This document shows, in pieces, positions 13,601-26,605 of a stretch of DNA of 64,000 bases. The notes under the pieces were generated by a model. It ran no database searches. It was given only the letters and a program-made list of their open reading frames with translations, and was not told where the DNA came from. How positions within the stretch are numbered: the stretch's first letter is position 1; each line of letters begins with the position of its first letter. The position numbers were made by a program, and so were the translations under genes. This DNA is from Auanema rhodensis (Eukaryota > Animalia > Nematoda), in contig OZ059894.1 of NCBI GenBank assembly GCA_964057225.1, positions 6,138,001 to 6,202,000 of the forward strand, given 5' to 3'.

Positions 13601-13656
13601 CCTAGTAATAATCCTACACATCCAAGAATTCCGAGTTTAAATGTAAATGATTTCAT
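10649..13656 (-). CDS. Secreted two-MAM-domain protein (paralogue B)
   Basis: Signal peptide MKSFTFKLGILGCVGLLLVNGC and Pro/Ser-rich leader. MAM1: VTCSFEEGTSCRF...FQFWTVG...VFVIDNL. Acidic linker. MAM2: VNCTFDGSFCGY...GFLYVG...ILESP...WLAIDNIRV. TAA at 10649-10651. Confidence 0.8.
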
Positions 13657-14639
13657 TAACGATTCTAATAAAAAACTTTATTTGAAATATACGTCAAACA
13701 ATGAAGTAAAAGGAACCGTAATGAGAGATAATTTGAACTGGAATGTAGATTTAACAATTATTTTTTGTATAAAATTGATAAGAAATCAAAACAAGTATTT
13801 CTCATTGCATGAATGTTTCAAAAATAAAAGTTAGCTGGTAAGCAATAGACAGACGATTGTACTAACTGAAATTAAGACAGCTCAGATTTGAACGTCTGTC
13901 ATATCGGGAGGTCAGCTATGGAAAAGAAAGGAGGTGAAGGAGATAAGGGCCAAGTAAGAATAGGGTCAAACGATTGGCTGGCAACAACTGATCCATGCAA
14001 TCGGGCCACAGGATACATTCAACGGATTACGAAATGAGCCGTGGACGACGCCAGAGGCAAGATGGTAAGAAGAAGGAAAGGTATAAAATCCTCGAAAGAG
14101 AATGGTATATAAAGAGATGAAAAAGGTTTTGGCGATGACTATGAGCCAAACTAATCCTTCTCTTCCCCTCTTCCATGTCAGCTGAATGGTATTGTGTTAC
14201 TGAAAGTGGTTTCGGACAAAAGTGAGCATGGCCGAAGGAAATATAGATGAGGAAATAATAGGAAATGTTTCTTTTTTCTCAGAAAATTCGTCAAATAAAA
14301 CCGTCAATTCGTCTTCAAGGATTATAACATGAGAACTAATTTTTTTCCAGGAGGACGCCTGAGTTTAGTAGAATTTTTAAAACTGTGTATAGTATGCTGG
14401 GTCAAACTACTATACGTGAAGAGAGAAGGGACAAATTAGAAAGATTATCCTGTACTAAACCTAGAGACTCTGACCGCTTTCATCCGTGGTATGGATTACA
14501 TCCTAAACTGTATTTAGGAAGAAGGACGAACAGAGCTAGCTATAGATATCTGGAAGAGAACAATTCTCGGTTGAATATTGTCGAAGAATCCAACATACAT
14601 GTATTTTTGAAGAATTATTCTAGCAACAACTTGCATTGT

Positions 14640-17064
14640 TCATACGCCATTAGCTTCACAAGCGTTTGTACCTGTTTCAGACTCTAATCGTATGTTGTCC
14701 ACGGCTATAAAAAGGTTTTTCCCAATATCTTCAGCAATGAAATACAACTGAAAAAACAAGCTCAAAAAATGTTCCATCTATTTATTCACCTTCTTGATTC
14801 CGGGAGGTAAAAATACTTTTTGATTATAATGCCAAAATTCTTTTGCTTGAACATCTGGTGAATTGTATGGACAATAATCAAACGAATCCAAGCAAACCTG
14901 AGATTATTACACATATTTTTCAAAAAAGTAAAAATTATTCTAACTCGTAACTTCGGCCCTTTTGATCTAATATAGACATCGAAAACGACATATACATTAT
15001 AAGTCAGTGTGAACTTTGGAGATTCCATTACATAAACATCGTCATGATGATTAACACCATCTTCCCCAACATATGCGAATCCGACTGGAATAAAAGATAA
15101 ATTCAAAATTCAAAGAACTAAAAGCTCAATTGAAGACTAAGCCTTAAGCAGAACATCAACACATAGACTAACCTTCTCCAGCATCTTTAAGATTAATCCT
15201 TTGAATACCTGTATGTCTGTTCCCGATTAATTGACTCCCGACAAGCCAAGGACCGCTGAAAAAAAAAGAAGTAAATTGTAATATATATTTTCTTACGTGC
15301 TCCCAATGCCACTTAAGCCATAAAAACATGAATGATGCTCATTGAAGTTACAAGTTAGCGATTCGCAAACTGTCAATTGACCCACATCCGATGATTTCTA
15401 AAGTAATCTTTTTCGGTGTGATGTTATTGCCTAAACTCACTGCCTCCTCATCTCGTTGAATTCCCGAGCTGGTTGTATCTTCCATTATTGCAGTGGGTAG
15501 GGTTGGTTGAATAACAACTTGATCTGGTTCAGAAAAGCTCACAAGACCCTGAGCAGCTGCAGGCGTAACCAACTGCATCTGCTGATAGTAGTAAGGATGA
15601 GGGGAAACTTGTTGAACAGAATTATAAGGAAAGAGTGAATCAAGAAAAAAATTTTCCGATGTTTCATCAGACGATGTAGTTGTTTCAATGTTATCATCGT
15701 ATTGTGTATTGACTTCTATAGGACTATGTGAAGATTCGTCGTCAACCTAAAATTTATTATGTTGTATCGTATATACATAAACAATCATGTAGATATCTAG
15801 AAGAAACCCAAAAAGTACATACAAGTACAACATACCAATTGGCAAATTCGTCCTTCATAGTATATATTATCAATGAGCACTATTGATTCTGATTTGATAT
15901 TCATTACTTCAATTCGGATTTTGAATGGATTCATTGACTGAGGTACAGATATATTTATGGGGTTTGGAGCAGGTCCAATATCCTTCAAAAGAAATTAGAA
16001 AACATAACTATTTCACCAAATATTTACCCTGCAATCCATATTAGTTTCTGCATCGTTTCTTACGACGCAGTAGCGAAGATAGGGCTCATCAGAATTCGTC
16101 CAAAAACTAAGTTAAAGAAAAAAAAATACTAGAAGAGTTCAAGACAAAAGCTTACTCAAATTTAAGAGTTGCTAAATCATACTGACAAGGTATAACTGCT
16201 TCCAATGCAACTTTTTGAGGCGATAGAACAGGCTCACCACCCGCCATTAAGAACGAATCTTCTGTAAAAAATATTTTTGATATTAAATTGAAAGGATAAA
16301 TCGAAAATGCAACCGCTTTCTAAAGAATGCATGTAAAAATGATAATTATAAAGATCAAAATATTAACGTTCATTTATGCTAATAATAATATAATCAAAGA
16401 TTATATATTTAGAAATTAATATAAATTCTATATGTAGAGTATAAAACAAAAAATTCTAGAAAATATTACCAAAAGTAAACTCTCGTGAAGTCGTGCAATC
16501 AAATCTATCTTTCTCAAACGGCATATCATATTTACCTCTCCAAAACCTATTATAAAACTCATGATTAATACAAAGTAAAGAAACCCATGAAAAAAAACCT
16601 TAAAAGATTAGGTTCCGACGCCACATTGTACCAGCTACAGTACTCCTGACTATCATCAAATGAGCAAGTTAGACGACCACCCTCTTCCACTCTCAAAGGA
16701 GGATCATCGCCAAAAATGGATAAAGAAGCTGTTGATCTGAGTTCTAAAACAATCATAGAATTTCATCTGTAGAAGGAAATCATACCAGTGGCAGTAAAAG
16801 GTACATAGTTGACGCCGTGGCAAGATTTAATTGTATTCATAATATTGAATTCGTCATAGTCTTTTACAGTAGGCATAGAAAGATCACGACTCTCCTCAAA
16901 CTCGGCTGTTCTTGCGGCAAAACTTCGAGCCCGGCCCGAGTAGTATGTGGAATGATAACAAGATCTGATAGACACTAAACAAGATTGTAGAATAAAATTT
17001 AACTTTAAGAAATGTTACCTAACGTTATCAGGAAAATGTAAAGAAATAAATTATCAGACGTCAT
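14640..17064 (-). CDS. Secreted two-MAM-domain protein (paralogue A)
   Basis: Signal peptide MTSDNLFLYIFLITLVSIRSC. MAM1: LTCSFDDSQEYCSW...VLIDNIYY. MAM2: LTCNFNEHHSCFY...GFAYVG...VMESP...FIAVDNIRL. TGA at 14640-14642. Confidence 0.82.
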
Positions 17065-17870
17065 AAGCTTGTAGTCAAATTCATCCCATCCAACAAGTAT
17101 AATGAACTCTTGGTAAATCCAAGCAAGTGTAAAGGAGAAAGGTGTAATGTTCCGGAAAGAGTAGAACGAGAGTACAAGCGAAAGTAGTACTATAATTGGA
17201 CGATATAATGAGATGACCCTCCTTCGACCGTTTGCAGCTAATAGAAAATGGGTCACCCATCTGTATTACTCAAGGTTGCTTCTTAGGTTTCGGAGAAGTT
17301 AATGAGCCAAGGCGCTTTCATTTCAAGATGTAGTATGACACAGTTCTTGAGTAAATTATTTCTCGTACGGGCCTCAGTATCTTTTCATCGGGACATGGAT
17401 TTGTTCAGTGCCTCAATTTTCTGGGTTTCAATCTCTGCCCACTATGAACCCGAGTAAACTGAAACTCAAAAAATAGGACTTCCAAACGATTATGGAGTGA
17501 AAACAATAATTCATCATTAATAAACATGTGTTTAATTAGACTAGGTAGGTAAGTTCGGAAGTCTCTCCATAATTAAATTATCTTTGTTTACATAAGTATT
17601 GAAAACCGGAAATTATAATTGTTTCCAATACAAGTAATAAGTGATACATTTTGAACTTTATAAATTAATCAATTTCTTAATTTTTTAATTTTATACTTCG
17701 ACTGATTTTTGATATTGTTGTACGCGATCTTACGTGGCACTAGGCGCGAATGTTCAACTTTATTATTATTTTTTCTATTTCGGGGGTAGTTTGTACCGAT
17801 AAACCTGCTCTTAAAATTATTCAGCTAGGAATTCGAATGGTTTTGTGATATTGGAGCTTCTTCCTCTTAA

Positions 17871-18860
17871 ATGAGTAAGGCTAATAGATGTTTGAATCAA
17901 ATTGAAGAACATTCAAACGGTGACGAGGACAATGAAAATGGGGAAGAACCATTAGGTTTAAAAAAGGAACAAGTACGTTCTTTTTTGTTGCTTTTAATAC
18001 TTGTTCATTAATGTATTCAAGTACGGAATTGAAATTGACTGATACAATATCAGTGCAGGCTTCTCTTACCTTTTATAACAATGACTTCTTAAAAACATTA
18101 CAGCATTATCAAAATCAATACATTTCTTCGGACACTCTTGGAGCTAGCAGTTCGACGTCAACTGGTTCTCTGGACAACCAAAGCAATGAGCCGAATATGA
18201 TGGTTCATAGTTTTTTTGTTTGATTTCATTATTCGTTGTTTCAATATTATGTCGTAGCTATTCCGTTTTTCAGACTCAATCGAAAGACGTCTTCTCCGAA
18301 TTTCTTCCATATGGATCTTTGATAACAACACAATCAACAAACAATAGTTATTTCTATTTAGAAGGGTAATATTTAGTTTGATATTTTTCTTTATGGCTGT
18401 CTATAGTGAGAATGACATTAATGGTAACTTATCCAGCAATAACCAAATGCAAAACCAGACGTCTTCTTCCGATGCTCCATCGTCGTCTCTGACATCACCG
18501 GCCACATCACCTTCGCAGCTACTCTCAGATTATCTTGGAACTAATTCACCTTCGGTTTGTTGCTTTCGTTACATCCTTATTCATTTCTTCTAACTCTTCT
18601 CTTTGACTTGCTCAAAAGAAGTTAAAATTTGGAACGAAATACATATAATAGTTGGAGAGGGGAGAAAGAGGAGAAGAGAAAAGTCGTACATTCTTCGGCT
18701 ATATCGTTGAGCCCTTAAGGCTGCTGAGGTTCCGTCGTCGGGATTTCGCCGTAGAAGTGCTCCCGTGACGAAAAACATGCGTCCAGATCCAGCTATGATC
18801 AAGATGCTCAAGAAAATCAGAGACATTCATGACGAGGGTTCAGCTGATTCCTCCGATTAA
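17871..18860 (+). CDS. Ser/Asn-rich low-complexity protein of unknown function (tentative model)
   Basis: ATG 17871 follows an upstream ttattcag acceptor. In-frame GT-AG joins give MSKANRCLNQIEEHSNGDED...SSSDAPSSSLTSPATSPSQ... The last exon is uncertain (...MLKKIRDIHDEGSADSSD*). No domain recognised. Confidence 0.45.
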
Positions 18861-20270
18861 TTTTGTCACTAATGTGCTAATACCATACTTGAAATTCACA
18901 TAGCTTCTGTTCCTTCCTTTCTATTGTACTTTGATATTTCTAATCATATTTTAATTTCTTCTTGGGTACTTGGAAATTCTTTCTTGTATACACGTATCAG
19001 TTCCATATATAATGTCTTTTATTTCTGTGTTCAGATAATTATTGTGACATATTGGAAACTAAATCCAGAATTGTATATATGTATTATAAAGATTTCACTA
19101 TTTTAGTTTATTTTCATTAAGACAGTTGTCTGTTTTCATGGTTTCCTTATGAAACTTATGAAAGTTCTTTCGAACTTATGGATATAAGCTACTGTTCCGA
19201 TCACTTTGACAGAATTGTGTCCTATAATGAAGTATAGTTGCATGGCCTAAGGGATGGGTGGAGCTATGTGTCCATAATAGGCCGAGCCTCAGGCACAACA
19301 CATCATCTCTGGAGCAGAAGCAGCTGCTTCGTGACAATCAACTTCAGAAGGAAGAACAGCAGTAGGATAAGGATTTGAAAGCTCTCACGTGTTTACTCTC
19401 TATTGATCATATATTCATTATTCTTTAACAAATATTGATACGAGAGTTCCCTTGTACATCAAACAGAACATGAACCTTTCACAAATAAGATTTTTTAAAG
19501 AATCTAGAGTTGGATTAGGATACCTAGTTCTGTAACACACGTTTCTCTCGTCTTTGAATATTTTTCTCCTTCATCTATATTCGACTATTTTTGTTGTTGT
19601 TTGTTATCATAATCTTTTTCACATTTCCTTTTGATTTATTCCAATTTTACAGTTTCCTTTTCGTACCTGCTCGTTTTACTTTCCTTGTGTATTAACTTCA
19701 TTCAACAGGATTTTAATATTTTAACTTTGTATATGTACTGTTATGAAATCAACAAAAAAAAGATTACAAGATGACTAAGTTGGACGAAAAACGAAGACTA
19801 AATGAAAAGATAAGATGTGAAATTGAGTTTTCTGTGTAAGACCAGGGTAATCATGGAAACAATTAATTTTTGTTCAATCTTGGGCGTATCCCTAAACGTT
19901 CAGGAGCATCAGCTTTTCTATTTTCTGTCCTCTCTCAACTCGTTTGCCATTTCCGAATCCGAAGACCGGCTTCTACTACTTTTTTTACATTCCAAAATCT
20001 TTTAAACTTTACTGTGCTGAATCTTTGCAACTACGTCTATGAAATATGCTACCTGAAGTTAATTTCGTCACTCATATTCCTTTGTTTTTTTCTTTCTAAC
20101 AACTCAGTCTACTTAAGTTTTCTTGCAGCTGAAGTCGAAAAACAGCATTTCCTTAGCTGCCTCATATACAAGAAATCTTTAAAATTATATATCCGATAAG
20201 TCTAAAATCTTAACAATTGGATTGTATAAACAATAGGGGCGAACAATTGGAAAATCGCGATCACGTCTAC

Positions 20271-23200
20271 ATGGCGACGACCGAGTGTGTGGCCGTCAAT
20301 CTGATTCTCCAGATGTACGGTGACTGGACCGAATTACTGGAAGTTCGCGTAAGTATTTCCTTTCTCGCATTTTATGCAACTTATTCTGGTGATACTAATC
20401 GCACTAAAGAAGTATTCAGTAACTATTATATGACCTCAAATCCTTGTCTCTCTATTTCCTTCGAAAACAACGCATATTATCCTATGAGTTCTTGTGATCA
20501 TGTGCTTCAGTTCAGTTATACGTCCTTATATACATCTCTATTTCTAGAGGAATGTTGTTCATATACACACAAAGCAATCAAAAAGAAGATAAAAGACGAG
20601 AGAAAAAAAACTTGAAACTTGAAGATTACGTTTTGCTTTTTTCGGATGTGTCAATGAGTTCACAGGGAATGAGATTTTGGATAACTTTATTTATCTGTTC
20701 AACTTGTTACAACAGAGATACGTATATTTAGAAGAAGTTATTTCTTTTTCAGCATTTAAATCATGAAAATAAATTCTTCTTTTTAGAAAAATTATGCGAA
20801 GTTGGAAAGAAAAATTTTTAATATTTAATATTACTTCAAATAAATTCCTAAAAAATTGTGTAATTCACTTGTATTATTGTACATGCATATGTATTATATA
20901 TTATATATAGTTATACATATATGTATGTGATGTATATGTATGTGCATGTGTGTTTACCAAATAAAAATTGGAAGCACCATTCACCCAAAATTTTCTGGAA
21001 TGGAAAGACAAGGCAAGAAATTAGTCAATTACTAACTGAAATTGAATTAATCTTTCTTTTTTGTTCTTAATTTATGCGATATTGCAGATCATCTATTCAT
21101 GTGTTTATACGTTGATTTTCGTTTGTGGAGTTATTGGAAATGGCCTTTTAATAAGCAGTATCATTCTACGTAAAAGACTAACAGTAGCTAATGTCTTTTT
21201 AACAAATTTAGCAGTTTCTGATCTGGTAAGAATATAATTCTTTTTTTTTCTGATACATTTCATTTTCCTTCAAACATTAATGCTTACTACATACATATTA
21301 TGCAACTTGTGCTAGTAAAACAGATTAGAAAAATTCTCGCCTCATGGCTTTAAACCTAGTTTGAGGGTGGATGGGAAAATCGTTAGGTGAAACCTATAAA
21401 CTTGCTTAGAATGATTTCGTCAACTCTTTATCCACTTGTGTCCTAATGTGTTATGGATTTGGCTATGTATTCAGGGGGATTCCCAAGAGGCATCTTATCT
21501 AGTTCCACTCATCCATTTATATATCCATATTTGGTGTTTATCGAAAAGAAAAATATAGAAGAGGGTGAACATGAGAAGCATAACTGCTTCGTCAAATGTT
21601 TGAAAAAATCAGAAAATAGTTTAAATTGTGAAAGAAACAGAATAAATGTAAAAAACAGCCAAAAATAGCCAGAAGCTGCTCCATCTTGAAATTAGCTTTG
21701 ATTGCGTACATAGAGCTTTGCAAATCCATTTCTGCATTATTCAATGATAAATAATATAATATCAAACAAGCTTTACGTATATTAATCCTTTTGCAGATAT
21801 TATGTATAACATCGGTTCCTATTACACCAGCTTTAGCATTTATGAAACGATGGACTTTCGGAATATTGCTATGTAGAGTTGTTCCAGCAAGTCAAGCTCT
21901 TTCTGGTCAGTTTACTTATATTTATTTTAGAATTTACCTGTTCCTCATCTGAAAAATATTATTTTTAGTTTTAATTTCATCTTGGTCTCTTTGCTTTATT
22001 GCTGTAGACAGGTATAGAAGTATTGTAACTCCATTACAAGAGCCATGGAATTTGAAACGAGCACGGGTTGTGCATTTTAGTCATGTAATTCAAGCAATTA
22101 AAATAATTTCAGACGATATTAGCTGCTGTATGGGGTCTAGCGAGTGTGGCCACATATCCGCTTTTTCAAGCACAATCTTTAAAAACTCTGACAATGGGTA
22201 TGGGAGCAGAGAATATAACACTTTGTGGAGAAGTAAATGATGTTTCATATATTACCTAATTGTTTTTTCTCTTTGTTTTAGTTTTGTGGTGAATTTAATT
22301 GGGAGGAATACGAAGGTAGTATGAAAGTTATGTATGGGATCGTGCTACTGCTTTTGCAACTCTTGATACCTTCCATAATCATGTCATTTTGTTATTGGAA
22401 AATTTTGCAAAAGGTATTATTCTGAATATATACATACACATATTGTCTAAACAGCCGATTTTTCTATTTGTCACCTTAATCTGCTTTTAAATTAATTATT
22501 TCACTACAATTAATTAGTGACTTTATATATTTTTTCGCGGATTTCATTGCATAAGATTGATAGAGTGTATTCCTGTAGTTTAGTAGCTTTTCGCTTAGCA
22601 AAAACCAAAAAAGAGAAAGAACAGGGAGATAGGATTAAATTAGTCAACGCATGAAATAGATAGATGAAGTGAAATGAAGAGGAGAAGAGAAAATATTTGT
22701 TAGAGACGTAACGAAGTAAGAGAGAGACATGCTCTAGAGTGCTTTCATATATAAGATATAGGCAGTGAGATGAGCTTTAGATGCTCATCATATGCTCGAC
22801 GAGACGTTGATAATGTTTGGCAGTTTCTGATGCTGTTTCATTGACTTGGATCCTATATGAATCTTTTTAAGTTATACTCCGAAATCTGATCACAAAGGGT
22901 CTGAAGAGAGATGAAAGAGGGTTTACGAAAAAAAGAAAAGCAAACCTTTCGAAGTATTATTCAATATTCTTAAGGATGAAATAAAGAAAAACGAAGATAG
23001 TGAAAAAAAATAGGGAAAGTTATAAATAAAAGTTTAAATAATAAATAAGAATGATTATAATTATTAATCATATTTCATGTAATTGCTTTGCTGTTAATTA
23101 ATTATCCAAAAAAGCTTGAGGAAGTAAGAAAAACACCCAAAGAGAGAAAAATTTATTTTTACAATTACTCAAATATTAAAGGTTCGCGCTGACTGGATTG

Positions 23201-24680
23201 TAGAAGAAGGTAGTATGTTAACTGCTGCTCAACAAGCTCAAACTTCTGTCCGTAAACGCAGAGTAATGTAAGCTTTTAAATATCGTTTCATACAGTTTGC
23301 TATTTATTAAATTTTATTTGTTAATTTAATAGGTATGTGCTAATTTTAATGGTTGTTGTTTTTATGGCTTGTTGGCTTCCTCTTTCAGCTGTAAATCTTA
23401 TAAAGGATTTAGGAATCCCCGTTGTAAGTTTCAGGCTATTGAGCAAAATACAAAAAAAAATTTGAATTCCAAAAGCACAACTTTGAAATCGAATGTGTTA
23501 TTTTATTTTTTTCGATTCTGGAACAAATGTACTTCAAGTTACTAAATGCTCATGTCATAGCGATGACATCGATTTTATGGAATCCTTTATTATATTTTTG
23601 GATGAGCAAGGTATATATATCGAAATTTTTGTCACATATGAATCTTTTTTCATCAAATAAAATTTTTTCAGCGACATCGTCGAGCATTAAAAGACGATAT
23701 GACTTGGCTAACCAATGCTCGCCGACATACAAACGTCGGTGTGCTCTCCAGGTTTGCTCCATCGCCATCCGTTTCTGTGATATATCGTCGAACTCTCGAG
23801 AGACATTTAGGTGTTAATAACTTTCGGTTAGTTCCAAAAAAATATTTTTAGGGTACATGTTTATTCCTATCTTAAGAATACCAGTTTTGATAAATATCTT
23901 CAAGAATGTTTCATATATTTATAAGTGAAGATACTCCTGAGAATTATTCTAAAAATAAGTTCAACTTCCAAACCCATGACTATGTAATCGTTGCAAAACA
24001 CAAATATATCAGAGTTTCGCCAAAAAAAAATTATTATTTTTTGTTTTTCTTGAAAATCGATTTATTTGTACGAATGATTGAAGCATTAAATGCAGATGTT
24101 TTTGTGTCTAATCTGCGATTTAACACATTTTTAACTCATCTCTGTTCAGCAAATCGAAGATTGATTCAATTGCCATTTGCAAATGATTTTTTGTCTACTA
24201 ATTTAGTTTTTCATGCTTCAGGAGCATTAGTGAAAAATTGAATGCTGGGAATATTTGATGTTCTATGATTACTCTTTTTTCTGACGACATGATACAAGAG
24301 TGAAGATTTGAATCTCAAACATTTCCCAGAAACCACAATAAAAAGAAAAACCCTATGATATGAAAACACAACTTTTGAACAATGACAGATCAAAATAAAC
24401 CTATTCAGTAACTTTTCAGTCGTGGAACATTGGCAGATCCAACCTGTATGTCACGAGAACGAGCACCAGACCTTCATTCAAACTGCTTTTTATTGGTCCC
24501 ACTAATGCCTTTATGTCAAAATGTATCTCGAAAAAATAGTCATCTTTCTATTGACCCTGAAAATCATCGGTTTGAACTTGTCTTAATTTTTTTAACATTT
24601 CAATTATATTTAGAAGACTGGTTTTAACACCAAGTCGTCGACCTAGCAGCACGAATACAAATACTACTCGAGACTGGTGA
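20271..24680 (+). CDS. npr-13: Neuropeptide Y-type class A GPCR, most like C. elegans ZC412.1/NPR-13
   Basis: Motifs GN (TM1), NLAVSD, IAVDRYRSIV, CGEFNW, CWLP and WNPLLYFW. The C-tail RHRRALKDDMTWLTNARRHTNVGVLSRF...RRPSSTNTNTTRDW* matches the recalled C. elegans sequence. The family call is firm; the symbol is from memory. Confidence 0.85.
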
Positions 24681-25050
24681 AATCTAAGTATCGACGATAA
24701 AACTTTACTCTCTGATAGTCTCCATTGTTTTTGTTTTTTTTATAGACTTTTCATATCACAATCATAAATAAATGTATTATTTAGTTAATTGTTGAACTAT
24801 CTTCTTCATATGTTCTGAAGTAATTATAGGTTTTCTAAATATCAACTTAGACTTAATACGTAAATTTCACTCAAATGGGATGCACTTTTTTCATGGGGGC
24901 ACCTCCTAGAACCTCGCAAAATAAGAAAACAAGTCTCTTAATCTGAACTAAAAGAATACCATGAGAAGTATTCGGGGAAGAGACCGAAGGACAATAGATG
25001 GCCAACCCAATCATATGACTGTCTTCGACGAATAAGTTGAGTTTTTCAAT

Positions 25051-25182
25051 ACATTCGTCTGACCGGCTGAACATCCAAAATTTGACTTTGATGAACCGGA
25101 ATAATGACGACAATAACCAATGCATCAAATTGATATCATTTCGGTTCCGAAGTGATGACCAGCAGGTCAATTTATTTAAACC
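25051..25182 (-). ncRNA. Candidate Sm-site-containing small RNA (SL/snRNA-like architecture); tentative
   Basis: Begins GGTTTAA; three hairpins; AAATTTTGGA Sm-type site at 25083-25074; weak 3' hairpin. G-U pairs favour the minus strand. No match recognised to U1, U2, U4, U5, SL1 or SL2. Confidence 0.25.
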
Positions 25183-25560
25183 CCACTCATAGATTATATT
25201 TTCAATCTTCCGACTTCTTTTCTTAAGTTTCTCACTTTTCTTAATTTTTCTTTTTCTTCTTCTCATATTATTCTCTAATTTCTATATTTATCCTTCATTG
25301 AAGATTATGCCATATGATTCACATTGATGAATTCAAATATAAGAAAGAGGTTCCTTGGTCTTGAATTGGAGATACAAGATAAACAACATCTTGTTAAGGA
25401 ATTCCTATTCATTCATAGTCATTTGATTTAGAAAAATAAATTAGATTTTATTTGTTTATAGTACATACGTAGATGCTATGTAAAAAATGACAATTTACTC
25501 AATTTCGACAGTATGACCTTGGGCATTATGCGAATTATCACAAAAAATCGAAAAACCTCG

Positions 25561-25569
25561 TATATAAAA
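25561..25569 (+). promoter_or_regulatory. TATA box of the caenacin-like gene
   Basis: GTATATAAAA about 115 nt upstream of ATG 25676, with a probable short 5'UTR intron ending at 25674. Confidence 0.55.
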
Positions 25570-25675
25570 CGAATCACGATAACGTCATTTTGATATTTCT
25601 CCGAACTGACCACTTGCCTTTTTTATTTTTGTTTGTATGCCCTATTATTGGTTTAATAAGTTTCAACTATTCAGA

Positions 25676-26022
25676 ATGCTTCCAATTTTTGCTCTTCTTC
25701 TTTTAACTAGTTCTTTCCTTATCTCTGATACATCCGCTCAATATTATCCATATGGAGGATATGGGGGATACGGAGGATACGGAGGATATGGATACCCAAT
25801 GCATGGCGGTTACGGTGGCTATGGATACCCAATGCATGGAGGATACGGTGGTTATGGGTACCCTATGCATGGTGGATACGGTGGGTATGGTGGATACGGA
25901 TACAGTAAGAAATTGTTCACTGTAACTAACTACTTCCATTTTTAATTCCAGGTCCAGTTTCTGGAGCTCTAAGGGGTGCTGTAGCTGGAGCCATGATGGG
26001 AGCTATGATGGGAAAGAAATAA
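25676..26022 (+). CDS. Caenacin/NLP-29-like Gly/Tyr-rich secreted peptide (99 aa, 2 coding exons)
   Basis: Signal MLPIFALLLLTSSFLISDTSA|QYYPYGGYGG..., three GGYGGYGYPMH repeats, intron 25905-25951, tail SPVSGALRGAVAGAMMGAMMG-KK*. Confidence 0.85.
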
Positions 26023-26605
26023 TTATATAATATTTACATATGTTCTAATAATTCTTTATTGTACAAAAACATGTCATAAGAGCAATAATTGCTACTAGGA
26101 ATTTGTTTCCAATTCAAAACTACGATAATAATACTTTTTATTTGAATTTATATTTAAATTTTTGGAAATAAATGATTCAATAAAGCGTTCTTTCAATAAT
26201 ATTATCTTTGTTTTCTTTCATAAGAAGAAAAAACGCCCACTCAACACAACGAAATTGATCATATATTTGGTCATCAAATAATGAAAATTAGAATATTAAT
26301 ATTGAAGCTTTCATTCGTGCATTTGCGTCTTGGATAGCGGTTGCATTCATAAAGAAATAATTGAAGTTTCTTTATCTAGTTTTGGAAAGAATATTCATCA
26401 TGGAATAAAAAAACATCCCAAATCTAATGTTTACAGTCTAAACATATCTTGAAACTAGAAGAAAGGTTTTATAAATAGAACGCTCACGTCTTGTTGCGTA
26501 TTGTGTTTTTCGAAAAATCTAAATTTGGTTAAGCTTATAGTTATTATATGTTATCTACTAATTTAACAAACATTTTTTGTGCTAAATTTATTAAACAATT
26601 TTTAG

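Noticed and set aside
18650-18860. In-frame TGA between coding-looking stretches (readthrough or selenocysteine)
   Set aside because: Explained by an ordinary AAG acceptor just downstream or by another frame; no SECIS evident.
19244-19361. Two hairpins with ACAACA and ACA boxes resembling an H/ACA snoRNA
   Set aside because: Pocket-to-box distances (about 19 and 25 nt) do not fit the 14-16 nt rule; more likely GPCR upstream regulatory DNA.
24871-25266. 131-aa minus-strand ORF
   Set aside because: The Lys/Arg-rich start reflects a purine tract; no domain, splice or codon support.
25703-25939. Antisense or alternative-frame ORFs over the Gly/Tyr genes (also 46858-47187, 46899-47132, 46929-47141) and over SAP30BP (26848-27348)
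   Set aside because: Shadow ORFs of real, repetitive coding exons.
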